From the human T2T-CHM13v2.0 reference genome, Homo sapiens: a stretch of DNA of 64,000 bases. The notes beneath the pieces were generated by a model, which did no database searches, was not told the origin of the DNA, and was given only the letters and a program-made list of their open reading frames with translations. A program made the translations under genes and the position numbers. Where the stretch lies: assembly GCF_009914755.1 (NCBI RefSeq), contig NC_060932.1; one strand, 5' to 3'. Of the stretch, positions 25,386 through 39,229 are shown one piece after another; positions within the stretch are counted from its first letter, which is position 1; every line of letters begins with the position of its first letter.

Positions 25386-26829
25386 GTAGAGATGAGATCT
25401 GAACATAAGATGGGACTTGTGGGACATCCATAAGACTTCAGCTTTTATTCTGAGCAAGATAGGGTGCAATCTGAGGGCTCTAAGCTGGGAGGTGACATTA
25501 GCTGACTAGATAGCTGTGGGTAGTGTGAACACTATATTGTCTGGCTAGTTGGGAAGTGGCTCAAATATCATATTGAATAAATCGCAATAAAATGCTAAAG
25601 TTGGAGCTGTAACTGAGGAAAATGGTGGTTAGAAAAGAGAAATGAAAAACAAATAAACCCGTGACAAGACTTTTCTATTACTTGTAAGAAAGTGGAAGTG
25701 GAGGAGTGGGGGATACTGTCTTGTAATAAAAACTTAGTCTTATTTCTAAAAAGTAATTGTTCAACTAGAAGCAACAAAACTAATCATAGGGAATCTGTTT
25801 TAGTAGGTAATGCAGTATGTCAACCATTTTTAGAGTATCTCAAAATTTTCAACATTGGCAAAATACCCAAAGCTGGCATTACAGCTTGGATTCTTCCCAG
25901 TGGAAAACCAAGTTGGACACAAAGTTCTGAAGAGGAAAGGAGTCTGAGAAATAGAAAGAACTGAGATGCGTGTATTTCCTGAACCTTTTTTCCCCCTGTC
26001 CTTAATGATGTTGTGGTTAAAACACTTTTGTGGGTTTATTGAGACTGATAAATACGCTCATTTACATCTCATTAATGTCAAATTGATGTGGCTGAATAGC
26101 ATAGTTTGGTAGTCTCTAATGTGTGAGACTTCATGACTTAAGTAAACTTTTCTATTACTCTGAATTAGTGTCACCAAGGGCATAGGTTTTTTAAAGAAAT
26201 GCTTGTAGAGACTTTAAAATAATGAAAAATATTCAACACACCTGGCTAAGAGTGATTGTATTACATTCCTGTTTCTTTAGATAAAGGTCTGTCAGCACAT
26301 CCATTACAGGCACATCTTTTCAGGTTGAAACTTGGCATAGCAGTTCTAAAGAGGAAAGAGATTCAAACAAAATGTGAACAAAATGTTTCTTTTGCTTGAA
26401 GAAGACATTCCCTTCATACCCTGATGCAGCTACATCCCATAAAACTTTGAGAATCTTATTTTCGTTTTGTTTTTGGTAAAATAAGAAGCGCCTTTGAAAA
26501 ACAGTTTATCTTTGGACACGAAGGTAAAGAAAAACCTTTTGATGTTTGGCAACAGATTTGCTTAAGAACAAAAATGATTTAAAGGACTTTTTGAAAAGAG
26601 TTAGTGTTGTCTATTTTTATTTTCTCAGACAGACCATAATCACAATGACTATTGAAACACCGATACCCTTAAGGGCTAAATTTATCCCGCCTGTCCCTGG
26701 AACAAAACAAGAATATCCACAAACATGACACCCTCTTTGGCAGAATAGACACTAAGTGCATATTTGTTGAGAATTGAGAAGATGCATAAGTCAGAGAAAA
26801 GAAATTATATTTAAAAAGGCTTTACAAAT

Positions 26830-27700
26830 TTTTAGTTTTTGAGGTAATATATACAAGTGGAACACAACTCAAAAAGAGTATGTAGTGAAATGTAAGTTTC
26901 CTTCTTCCTCCTTGCTCTAAGCCACCACTGGGTTACCCTCCACAGAGACAAGCACTGTTATCAGTGTCTTATGTGTCATTTAAGAGAGCATATTCTTTTT
27001 TCTTTTTAGTTAATTGGTAGCTTTACATTTTATTCTGCACCTTGCTTTGTTCTCCTGACATTTCATTTTGGAGGCTGTTCAATATATGTATGTAGAGAGC
27101 TACTTCTACTGCATTCTTTTTAATTAGCTTCATGTTCTAATTGGTACGTTACATGTACCAATACACATAGATGTACCATGATTTACTTAGTCTATACATA
27201 AACATTTAAACTATTCCTAACTTTTCCTATTACAAACAGTGTAACACAACATCCTCGTGCACAGATCATTTTGTGTGAGTGTATCTGCAGGATAATTTCT
27301 AGAAGAGGAATATTTATGTTAAAAGTATATGCATGTATGTAGACTCTTCTCCATAGAAATTGTACACGCCCAGCAGCAATATGGAAGTGTGCCTATTTCT
27401 CCATTCCCTTTCCATCACAATGTATATCAAAAACTTAGTAATGTGATGGAGGGGAACAGCACTCTGTTTTAGTTTGTGTTTTTATCATGAGTAATGTTGA
27501 GCATCTTTTTATAAGTTTAAGAATCATTTGTATTTTCTATGAACTGTTTATATATTTTCTTGCTTTTAGAAAATATTATTGATCCTTTTCTTATTGATAT
27601 GTGAAAACTCTTTTTTAAAATAAGTGTTTTCTCAACACACACTAGTGCATTTTTGGTGTATGTAAGTTCCAATTGGCTTTTTATCATACCAAAAATGTTT
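26830..27700 (-). mobile_element. Old L1ME-like 3' region, continuing after 36882
   Basis: Degenerate antisense L1 3' motifs (ataatttctagaagaggaat, taatgttgagcatcttttt). Confidence 0.65.
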
Positions 27701-28371
27701 ATTTTTTCCTATTTTTATAGATTAATAATAATTGTACATACTTATGGAGTATGTGTGATATTTTGATACATGCATACAATGTGTAACAATCAAATTGGGA
27801 TATTTAGGATATCTATTACCTCAAACATTTATCATTTCTTTGCTTTGGGAACATTTCAATTCTTTTAGCAATTTTGAAATAATAAATTATTATTACTATG
27901 TCACCTTACTATGCTGTCCAACACTAGGACTTATTCCTTCTACGTTTCTGTATATAACCAATCTCTCTTCATCCCTCCCACTGCCTCACACCCTTCCCAG
28001 TTTCTGGTAACCATCATTCTACTCTCTATCTCCATGAGATAAACTTTTTTAGCTACCACATGTAAGTAAGAGCGTGCAATATTTTTTCTTTATGTGAATT
28101 TATTCCTGGGTTTTCTATTCTATTCCATTGGTCTATGTGCCTGACTTATTTCACTTAACATAACGACCTCCATTTCCATCCATGTTGCTGCAAATGACAG
28201 TATATCATTCTTTTTTATGGCTGAGTAGTATTCCATTGTGTATATATATGCCACATTTTCTTTATCCAGTCTTCTGTTGATAGACACTTGGGATGATTGC
28301 ATATCTTGGTTATTGTGAATAGTGCTACAATAAACATGAAAATGTAGGTATCCCTTCGATATACTGATTTC

Positions 28372-30116
28372 TTTGTTTTGTATTTGCTTTTTTAAAAGTA
28401 ATTTTTATTTCAATAGTTTTTGGGGTGCAGTTGGTGTTTGGCTACATGGATAGGCTGTTTAGTGGTGATTTCTGAGATTTTGGTGTACCCATCACCCAAG
28501 TAGTGTTCACTGTACCCAATATGAAGTCTTTTATCCCTCATCCCCTTTCCAACCTTCCCTACTGAGTCCCCAAAGTCCAGTATATCATTCTTATGCCTTT
28601 GCATCCTCATAGCTTAGCTCCCACTTATAAATGAGGACATACAATACTGGTTTTCCATTCCTGAGTTATTTTACTTAGAATAATGGCCTCCAGCTCCATC
28701 TAACTTGCTGCAAAGACCTGATTTTGTTCATTTTTATGGCTGAGTAGTATTCCATGGTCTGTATCTACCACATTTTCTTTATTTACTTGTTGTTTGATGG
28801 GCACTTTGGTTGGTTCCATATCTTTGCAATTGCAAATTGTGCTGCTGTAAAAATGCATATGCATGTGTCTTTTTCCTACGTGACTTCTTTTCCTCTTGGT
28901 AGATATTCAGTAGCGGGATTGCTGGATCAAATGGTAGTTCTACTTTTTGTTCTTTAAGGAATCTCCATACTGTTTTCCACAGTGGTTGTACCAGTTTACA
29001 TTCCCACCAACAGTTCTAAAAATGTTCCCTTTTCACCACATACACACCAACATTTATTGTTCTTTGAATTTTTAATTATGGTCATTCTTGCAGGAGTAAG
29101 GTGGTATCTCATTGTGGTTTTGATTTGCATTTCCCTGATCATTAGTGATGTTGAGCATCTTTGCATGTGTTTGGTGGCTGTTTGTATGTCTTCTTTTGAA
29201 AATTGTCTATATGTCCTTTGTGCACTTTTTGATGGGATTTGGATTTTTTTTGATGGTTTGTTTGAGTTCCTTTTAGATTCTGTATATTAGTCCTTTGTCA
29301 GATGCATAGTTTGTGAATATTTTCTCCCATTCTGTGGGTTGTCTGTTTGCTCTGCTGATTATTTCTTTTGCTGTGCAGAAGCTTTTTAGTTTAATTGGGT
29401 CCCATTTATTTATTTTTGTTTTTGTTACATTTGCTTTTGCAGTCTTATTCATGAATTCTTTGCCTAAGCCAATGTCTAGAATAAGTTTTCCAATGTTATC
29501 TTCTAGAATATTTATGGTTTCAGGTCTTAGGTTTAAGTTTTTGATCCATTTGAGGTGATTTTTATATAATGTGAGAAATGAGGATCCAGTTTCATTCTTC
29601 TACATGTGACTTGCCAGTTTTCTCAGCACCATTTGTTGAATAGGGTGCCCTTTCCTCAATTTATGTTTTTGTATGCTTTGTTGCGGATCAGCACTTACTT
29701 AATATATTTGGCTTTCTTTCTGGGTTCTCTATTCTGTTCCGTCGGTCTACATGCCTATTTTTATACCCCTACCCTGCTGTTTTAGTAACTATAGCCTTGT
29801 AGGATAATTTGAAGTTGGGTAATGGGATGCTTCCAGATTTGTTCTTTTTGCTTATCTTGCGTTAGCTGTGAGGCCCCTTTTTTGGTTCCATGTGAATTTT
29901 AGGATTATTTTTTCTAATTCTGTGAAGAATGATGATGGTATTTTGATGGGAATTGCATTGAATCCGTATATTGCTTTGGGCAGTATGGTCGTTTTCACAA
30001 TATTGGTTCCACCTATCCATGAGCATGGGATGTGTTTTTATTTGTTTGTGTCATCTATGATTTCTTTCATCAGTGTTTTGCAGTTTTCCTTGTAGAGATC
30101 TTTTACCTCTTTGGTT
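28372..30116 (-). mobile_element. L1PB1/2-like 5'-truncated insertion nested in L1MA
   Basis: L1PB 3' UTR (gtggtgatttctgagattttggtg); TSD gatatactgatttc at 28358-28371 and 30117-30130. Confidence 0.92.
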
Positions 30117-32002
30117 GATATACTGATTTCCTTTCCTTTGGATAAACACCCAATAGTGGGATTGCTGGAGTGTATAGTAGTTATATTTTTAGCTTTTTGA
30201 GAAACCTCCATGATGTGTTTCATCATGGCTGCACTAATTTAGATTCCCACCAACAGTATATAAGCGTTCCCTTTTCTTTGCATCCTTGCCAGCATTTGTT
30301 ATTTTATGTCCTTTTGAAAATAGCCATTCCAACTAGGGTGAGCTATCTTTTATTTGCATTTCCTTCATGATTAGTGATGCAAAGCATTTTTTCATATACA
30401 TGTTTTCCACTTGTGTATCTTATTTTAAGAAATGTCTCTTCAGACCCTTTGCCCACTTTTTAATGGGATTATTTGGGCTTTTTTTTTTTTTTTTTAGCTG
30501 TTGAGTTGTTTGATTTCCTGTTATGTTCTGGATATTAGTTCCTTGTTGGATAAATAGTCCGCAAATATTTTCTCTCATACTGCAGGTTGTCTCTTCACTC
30601 TGTTGATTGTTTTCTTTGTTCTGCAGAAGATGTTTAGTTTACTGTGACCCCGTTTGTCTATTTTTGTTTTTGTTGCCTGTTTTTGAAGTCTTAGCCATAA
30701 AAATCTAATGTCCTGAATTGCTTCTCCTATGTATTCTTCTAGTAGTTTTATACTTTTGGGTCTTATGTTTTAGTATTTAATCCGTTTTGAGTTTATTTTT
30801 GTATATGTAGTAGGGGTCTACTCTCATTCTTCTGCATGGATATTCAGTTTTCCCATTTGTTGAAGAACTGAATGCTTTTTCTATGTCTACTGAGATGATT
30901 CATATGGTCTTTGTCCCTCATTCTGTTGATGTGATGTATCATATTTATTGTTGGTGTTGAACAATCCTTGCATCCCTGGGATAAATTCCACTTGATTGTG
31001 GTGTATTGTCTTTTTAATGTGTTGTTGGATTTGGTTAGCTAGTATTTTGTTGAGAATTTTTGCATCTGTGTTCATCAGGGATATTGGCTTTTAGTTTTCT
31101 TTTTATTTTTTAGTGTGTCCTTGTCTTGTTTTGATTTCAGGGTAATTTTGGCCTCATAGAATGAATTAGGAATAATTCCCTCTTCTCCAATTTTTTTGAA
31201 TAGTTTGAGAAGAATTTTTGTTAGTTCTTCTTCATGAGTTTAGTAGAATTCAGCAGTAAAGCCATCTGCTCCTGGTCTTTTCTTAACTTGAGACATTTTA
31301 TTAATGATTATTACTAATTTTTATTCTGCTCAGGCTTTCTGTTTCTTCCTGGCTCATTCTTTGTAGGTTTTATGTGACCAGGAGTTATCCATTTTCTCTA
31401 AGTTTTTCCATTTGTTAAAATATAGCTGTTTATAATAGTCTCCAGTGATTCTTTGTATTTCTGTGGTACCAGTTGCAATGTCTCCTTTTTTTTTTTGTTT
31501 CTGATTTTATTTACTTGAATCTTTTCTTTCTTTTTCTTGGTTACTATAGCTAGCAGTTTGTCAATTTTACTTATATTTTCAAAAACCAACTTTTCATTTC
31601 ATCGATCCTTTGTACTTTTTCAAGTCTTGATTTCCTTTAGTTTTGTTCTAATGTTATTACTTCTTTCCTTCTGTTAATATTAGGTTTGATTTGTTCTTGC
31701 TTTTCTAGTTCCCTGAAATACATCATTAAGTTGTTTATTTGAAATCTTTCTACTTTTTTGAGGTAAGCATTTATTGCTATAAACTTCCCTCTTGGCACTG
31801 CTTTTGCTGTATCGAATAGGTTCTGGTATGTTGTATTCACATCTTCATTTGTTTCCAGAAATATTTTAATTTCCTTCTTTATTTCCTCATTGATGCAATA
31901 GTCATTCAGGGGCATGTGGTTTAACCTTCATATATTTGTACAGTTTCCAAAGTTCCTCTTGTTACTGATATATAGTTTTAGTTCATTGTTGAAATTCCCA
32001 AC

Positions 32003-34270
32003 TGATATGGTTTGGCTGTGTCCCCACCCAAATCTCATCTTGAATTCACACGTGTTGTGGGAGGGACTCAGTGGGAGGTAATTGAATCATGGGGGCTTGT
32101 CTTTCTCATGCTATTCTCATGATAGTGAATAAGTCTCATGGGATCTTATGGTTTTAAAAACAGGAGTTTCCCTACACAAGCTCTTTGCCTGCTGCCATCC
32201 ATGTAAGACATGACTTGCTCCTCCTTCCTTTCCACCATTATTATGAGGCCTCCCAGCCCTGTGTAACTGTAAGTCCATTAAACCTCTTTATTTTGTAAAT
32301 TTTCCAGTCTTGGGTATATCCTTATCAGCAGCGTGAAAACAGACTAATTACAGTAAATTGGTACCAGGAGTGGGGTGCTGCTGAAAAGATACCCCAAAAT
32401 GTGGAAGTGGCTTTGGGACTGGGTAACATGCAGAGGTTGGAACAGTTTAGAGGGCTCAGAAGAAGATAGGAAAGTGTGGGAAAGTGTGGAACTCCCTAGA
32501 GACTTGTTGAATAGCCTTGACCAAAATGCTGATAATGATATGGACAATGAAATCCAGACTGAGGTGGTCTTGGATGGAGATGAGGAACTTGTTGGGAACT
32601 GAAGCAAAGGTTATGTTTTAGAAAAGAGACTGGTGGCATTTTGCCCCTGCCCGAGAGATCTGTGGAACTTTGAACTTGAAAGAGATGATTTAGGGTATCT
32701 AGTAGAAGAAATTTCTAAGCAGCAAAACATTCAAGAAGTGACTTCAGTGCTGTTAAAGGCATTCAGTTTTAAAAGGGAAACAGAGCATAAAAGTTTGGAA
32801 ATTTTGCAGCCTGACAATGCAATAGAAAAGATAATCTCATTTTCTGAGGAGAAATTCAAGCTGGCTGTAGAAATTTACATAAATAATGAGGATCCTAATG
32901 TTAATCCCCAAAACAATGGAGAAAATGACTCCAGGGCAGGTCAGAAGTCTTCATGGTAGCCCCTCCCATCACAGGACCAGAGGCCTAGGAGGAAAAGGTG
33001 TTTTTTTTGGCCAGGCCCAGGTCCCTCTGCTCTGTGCAGCCTAGGGACTTGGTACCCTGCATTTCAGCAGCTCCAGCCATGGCTAAAAGGGGCCAAGGTA
33101 CAGCTTGGGCTGTTGCTTCGCAGGGTGAAAGCCCCAAGCCTTGGCATCTTCCACATAGTGTTGAGTCTGTAGGTACACAGAAGTCAAGAACTGAGGTTTG
33201 GGAACCTCTTCCTAGATTTCAGAGGATGTATAGAAATGCCTGGCTGCACAGGCAGAAGTTTGCTACAGGGGTGAGGCTGTCATAGAGAACTTCTGCCATG
33301 GCAGTGTGGAAAAAAATGTGGGGTTGGAACCCAACACAGAAACCCTACTTCAGCATTGTCTAGTTTAGCTGTGAGAAGAGGACCACCATCCTCCAGACTG
33401 ATAGATCCACTGATAGCTTGCACCATGCACCTGGAAAAGCTGCAGACACTCAATGCCAGCCCATGAAAGCAGCCAGGAGGGGGGCTATACCCTGCAAAGC
33501 CACAGAGGCAGAGCTGCCCAAGGCCATGGGAGCCCACTTCTTACATCAGCATGACCTGGATGTGAGACATGGAGTCAAAGGGCACCATTTTGGAATGCCC
33601 TGCTGGATTTCGGACTTGCATGGGGCCTGCAGCTTCTTTGTTTTGGCCAATGTCTCCCATTTGGAATGACTGTATTTACCCAATGCTTGTACCCCCATTG
33701 TATCTAGGAAGTAACTAACTTGCTTTTGATTTTACAGGCTCATAGGTGAAAAGGACTTGCCTTCACTAAGATGAAACTTTGGACTATGGAATTTTGGGTA
33801 AATGCTGAAATGAGTTAAGATTTTGGGGGACTGTTGGGAAGGCATGATTTGTTTTGAAATATGAGGACATGAGATTTGGGAGGGGCCAGGGCAGAATGAT
33901 ATGGTTTGGCTGTGTTCCCCACCCAAATCTCATGTTGAATTCTCATGTGTTGTGGGGGGGACCCAGTGGGAGGTAATTGAATCACGAGAGTGGATTTTTC
34001 TTGTGCTATTCTTGTGATAGTAAGTCTCACTTACTCACTCGTGATAGTGAGTAAGATCTGATGGTTTTAAAAAGAGAAGTTTCCCTATACAAGCTCTCTC
34101 TCTTGGCCTGCTGCCATCCACGTAAAACGTGACTTGCTTCTCCTTGCCTTCTGCCATGATGGTGAGGCCTCCCAGCCATGTGGAACTGTAAGGCCATTAA
34201 GCATCTTTCTTTTGTAAGTTGCCTAGTCTTGGGTATGTCTTTATCAGCAGCATGAAAATGGGCTAATACA
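32003..34270 (+). mobile_element. Full-length THE1A-like MaLR provirus (LTR 32003-32352, internal 32353-33896, LTR 33897-34270)
   Basis: Both LTRs tgatatggtttggctgtgt...ctaat(t)aca; polypurine tract before the 3' LTR; decayed MaLR ORF at 32375-32959; TSD ccaac at 31998-32002 and 34271-34275. Confidence 0.96.
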
Positions 34271-36099
34271 CCAACTATTGTTGTACTGGAGTCTGTCTCT
34301 CCCTTTATATCTGATAATATTTGTTTTATATATCTAGGTGCTCTGCTGTTGGGTGCTTGTATGTTTGGAATTGTTATATTCTCTTTCTGAATTGATCCCT
34401 TCATCATTATATAATGACTTTCTTTGTCTCTTTTTACAGGTTTTAACTTAAAGTCTGTTTTATCTGATATAACTATCACTATTCCTGCTTGCTTTTGGTT
34501 TCATTTGCATGGAATATATTTTTCCATCCCTTTACTTTCATTCTATATGTGTCCTTACAGATGAGATGAGTTTCTTGGAGACAGCATAAAATTGGGTCAT
34601 GCTTTTTATCCATTCAGCTTGATTATATCTTTTAAGTGAAGACTTTAATCTGTTTACATTCAAGGTTATTATTGATAAATGAGGAAATATTCCTGTCACT
34701 TTGTAATATGATTTTTGGTTGTTTTATATATCATTTGTCTCTTTCTTCCTTTTTTATTTTTTATCATTGTGGTTTAGTGGTTTTCTTTAGCGGTAATGTT
34801 TCACTTCTTTGTCTTTCTCATTTGTGTATCTTACTTTTATACTTTCATGTGTTTTTATGATGGTAGAGATTATCCATTTGCTTTCAGATGTAGGATTCCG
34901 TTAAGTATTTCCTGCAGGGCTGATCTAGTGGTGATGAATTCCCTGTTTTTGATTGTCTGGGAAATACTTTATTTCTTTCATTTCTGAAGGACAGATTTGC
35001 TAGGTATGGTATTCTTAGATGGCAGGGTTTTTTCTTTTGGCACTTTGAATATATCATTCCATTCTCTTCTGGACTGTAATTTTTTGCTGAGAAATTTACT
35101 GTTAGTCCTAATCAGACTTGTATATGATAATCCCCTTGTATATGACTTGGCACTTTTTCTGTTTTTAGAATTCTCTCTTTGTCTTTGGCTTTTGGCAGTT
35201 TGCTTATAATGTAATTTAGAGAAGACCTTTTTGGATTATGTCTATTTGTGAGTTTTTGTGCTTCTTGTACCTGGATGCCTAAATCTCTTGCAAGATTTGG
35301 GAAGTTTTTAAGTATTATTCTGTTAAACAGGTTTTCTATGTTGTTATCTATCTCTTGCCCTTCTGGAACTGCCAGAATTAGAATTTTTTTCTTTTTATGG
35401 TGTCCCATATATTATCTAGGCTTCCTTCATTCTTTTAAATCCATTTTTTCTATTTTTTTCTTTTCTCTTTTGTCTGACTGAGTTATTAAAAAAAAAAAAC
35501 CTGTCTTCATGTTCAGCAGTTCTTTTCTGTGCTTGGTATACTCTATTGTAGAAGCTCTTGATTGTATTTTTTATTTCATTTATTGAATTCATCAGTTCCA
35601 GGCCTTTGGTTTTGTTCTCTTTGGATATCTGTCTCTGGTATTTATCATTCAGCTCATGAATTATTTTTGATTTCTCTGTATTATTTATCTGTGTTTTCTT
35701 GTATCTCACTGTGTTTCTGTAATATTATTCTCTGGAATTCTTTTTTAGGCATTTTATAAATTTCCTTTACTTTGGGATCTCTTACTGGATAATTATTGTG
35801 TTTCTTTTGAAGTGTCATGTTTCTTTGCTTTTTTGTGTTTTTTGTATCCTTACATTGATTTCAGTGCATCTGACATAACAATTGCTTCTGATTTTATGCA
35901 TTGGCTTTCATGGAGAAAGACTTTTTCCTGTAGATAATCTATAGTGTTGGTTGGGTAAAGTGCTTTGGTTTTGATTCTGGTTGGGCACGGTAGTATAGTC
36001 TGCATGATTTCTTTGGCTGTAATTAGCATCAGTGTTTTCTCTGAGTTCCTCAGTGGCTTAGACTGCAGTTGTTAATGGATGTTGTGGTGAGGCTTTGCT

Positions 36100-36500
36100 G
36101 GAGATGGGCATGCCATGCAGGCTGGTCCTTGGGTACCAGTGGTGTTGGTGAGGCATGCCTGTCCTCAAGTCCCTGATGGTGGATGCAGGTGTTAGCTGTG
36201 GCAGGTACGGTTAGGACTGATCCTTAGACCCCCACACAGTATGCTCGGGTGCAAGCAATCATGGTGGTGGGTGGGATCGGCTTGTCTTTAGGCCCCAGAT
36301 GATGTACTTGGGTGCCATCAGTGGTGGCAGTGGATAGGGTAGCCCTGTCTTCAGGCCCCTGGATGGAACATGTGGGTGCCAGTGGCAGCAAGAGGGATGG
36401 GTTGATTTCCAGGTTCTTGGATTATGTGCACAGATACCAGCAGCAGGGAAAGTGAGCCTGTCCTCAGGCCCCCTGATAGTGTGGGGAGGTACGAGCAACA
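36100..36500. repeat. Degenerate ~60-bp tandem units in the L1MA 5' UTR
   Basis: Recurrent cctgtc(c/t)tcaggccc...gatg...gggtgcca..gtggca motif. Confidence 0.65.
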
Positions 36501-36539
36501 GCAGGTGGAGCAGATTGATTTAAGAGTTAGCTCAGTGTT

Positions 36540-36873
<334 letters not shown>

Positions 36874-38876
36874 TCAGTGTTTTATGATTTATAAATATTT
36901 TCTTAATTTTCTAGGCATTTGTGTTTTGATTTTTTGTTATGAAATACTTTTTATTTCTATTTTTATTAGTCAAATTTATCAATTTTAATGGGTTCTGAGT
37001 TTTTTGACAGAATTAGAAAATCTTTATTGCTCTGAGATCTTTTTTATAAACCATCTCATTTTTTAATGGTACTTTAAGGGTTCTTATGTTTAAATCTTTA
37101 ATCTGTCTCAGATTTATTTTGGTGTAAGGTGTGTTATATATATCTAGCTTAATTTTTCTTCGATTAGTTATCAAGGTTTTTTTGTTTTTATATCACTTTT
37201 TGAAGTTCATTTTTTCCGATGGGATTCAAATATACTTATGACATTAAAATTTTCTAACTATATTTGTGTCTATTTCTGGGTTCTCTGTTCTGTTTCATTG
37301 ATCTATTTTTCTGTTTACAAACCAGCAACTCACCATTTTAAATAATAGCTTTACAACAGGTTTTTATATCTTGCATTGCTAATCCCGATCATTTGTGTTC
37401 TTTTTCAGAATGTTTCTTGTTATTCTTATTTTTCCTGTGAACTTCAGAATCAAATCAATTTCTTTTGTTTCAAATAGTGTTAATTGTGTGTGTGTGAATA
37501 TGTGTGAACATATTAAATTTATAGAATAAGTCAGGTAGAACTGACATCTTTAACATTTAGAGTTTTCTTATCCATCAATATCCCTCACTTTTCCATTTGT
37601 TTAATTCTTGTGGGTCCATCAGTAACATTAAAAGTTTTATTCACATATTTCTTGTTATACATTTTTCTAGTTACTCTATAATTTTGGTTGCTACTTTTAA
37701 TGCAATCTATTCTTACTTTGGATCTCCTATTTGCGTTGTTTGTATGTATGAAAAGTAGTGGTGTCACAATATTATTTTTGTATTCATTCACTTAACTGAA
37801 TTCTGTCATTATTTATAGTTTTCCAGTTGATTCTCTTGTGCTGTCCAGGTAAATAATCATATAGTTTCCAAATAATGATATTTTAGTTTTATCTCTTAAA
37901 ATTTTACCTGCATTTTACTGTCTAGTTATGTTATTCAGGACCTCCAAAAAATTAATGGTGGTCATAGTAGACACTCTTGTCTTCAACTTATTGTTAATAA
38001 GAATACTAATAATAGAGTTTTCATTAAGCATGACATGCTGGCTTTTGAGATGCAACAGAGATATTTTGTCATATTAAGAGAGGAAACCCTTTTTTCTTGG
38101 TATAGTACATGATAAGGATTTTTGTCAAAAATAACGTTGAATTTTATCAAAAGCCTTTTCATAATTTATTGAGATGGTATTTTAGTTTTCTCTTTTTATT
38201 ATTAACATGGTAAATTATATTAATAGATTTATTGTTATACATTATTCTTTTATTTGGTGCATAAACACCACTTAGTAATGGTATATTATACTTTAATGTG
38301 ATCCTGGATTCTATTTGCAAATACTCACTTAGGGTCTTTTTTCATGATATTCACAAGTGAGTTTAGGCTATATTTTTATTTTTTTTCTGTGCTTTTTATT
38401 GTGGATTTATATGTTATAAATATACATTTGAAGATTTTCTTTTTTTTTCCTATGCTCTACAACACTTTGAATGGCATTAAAGTTAGGTGTTTCTTAAAAA
38501 TTTGTCAGTATTCCGCTAGTGAAACCAACTATGTGTTGAACTATTTTGTTGGGAGTAAATTGACAATTTGTCCTCCTTTTAAAACAGATAGTGATATGTT
38601 AGATTTTCAAATTTATCTGGGATGTGATTTCTTAGAAAAGCATCTTAATTCTCAAATTTACTCACACTGAATTGATCAAACTGGTGTTATAGGAGTCTTT
38701 TAATTTTTTTTGTTTCTGGGATCTTCCTCATTGTTTCTTGTTCTTTGTATTTGTATTTTCTATCCTTATAATTAAAAATGTTTTGGCGAGTTAAAGGTTT
38801 TGTTTCGTGTTATTTCTCCTCCTCCACCCATGAAACATCTGTTGGGTTTACTTATTCTTTCACATTCCATTTTTCT

Positions 38877-39229
38877 TTTCTTTTCTTTTCTTTTCTTTCT
38901 CTTCTCTTCTCTTCTCTTCTTTTCTTTTTTTCTTTTTCTTTTTCTTTTTTTGAGACAGAGTCTTGCTTTGTCACCCAGGCTGGAGTGCAATGGTGCAATC
39001 TTAGCTCATCGCAACCTCCGCCTCATAGATTAAAGTGATTCTCCTGCCTCAGTCTCCTGAGTAGCTGGGATTACAGACGCACACCACCACTCCTGGCTAA
39101 TTTTTGTATTTTTAGTAGAGATGGGGTTTCACCATATTGACCAGGCTGGTCTCGAACTTCGCCTCATGATCTGCCTGCCTCGGCCTCCCAAAGTGCTGGG
39201 ATTACAGGTGTGAGCCACTGCACCTGGCC
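38877..39229 (-). mobile_element. AluS with expanded (TTTTC/TTCTC)n tail
   Basis: TSD acattccatttttct (38862) / acatgccatttttct (39230). Confidence 0.95.

Larger units (their letters stand above)
24020..25520 (-). mobile_element. L2 remnant hosting an Alu, a short L1 and MER51
   Basis: cactgttctaggtactggggatatagcagtgaacaaaacaga and further L2 motifs. Confidence 0.7.
27705..36515 (-). mobile_element. L1MA4/5-like near-full-length LINE hosting L1PB and THE1A
   Basis: 3' UTR at 27705-28090; ORF2 fragments (e.g. [22 protein letters not shown]); ORF1 fragments at 35100-35700; 5' UTR to ~36515. Confidence 0.9.

Noticed and set aside
26281-26524. Acceptor cctgtttctttAG and donor AAG|GTAAAG
   Set aside because: Stops in all frames and no other support
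36100-36500. Regularly spaced repeats resembling a CRISPR array
   Set aside because: Degenerate tandem units inside an L1 5' UTR in a primate genome; no identical repeats, unique spacers or cas genes
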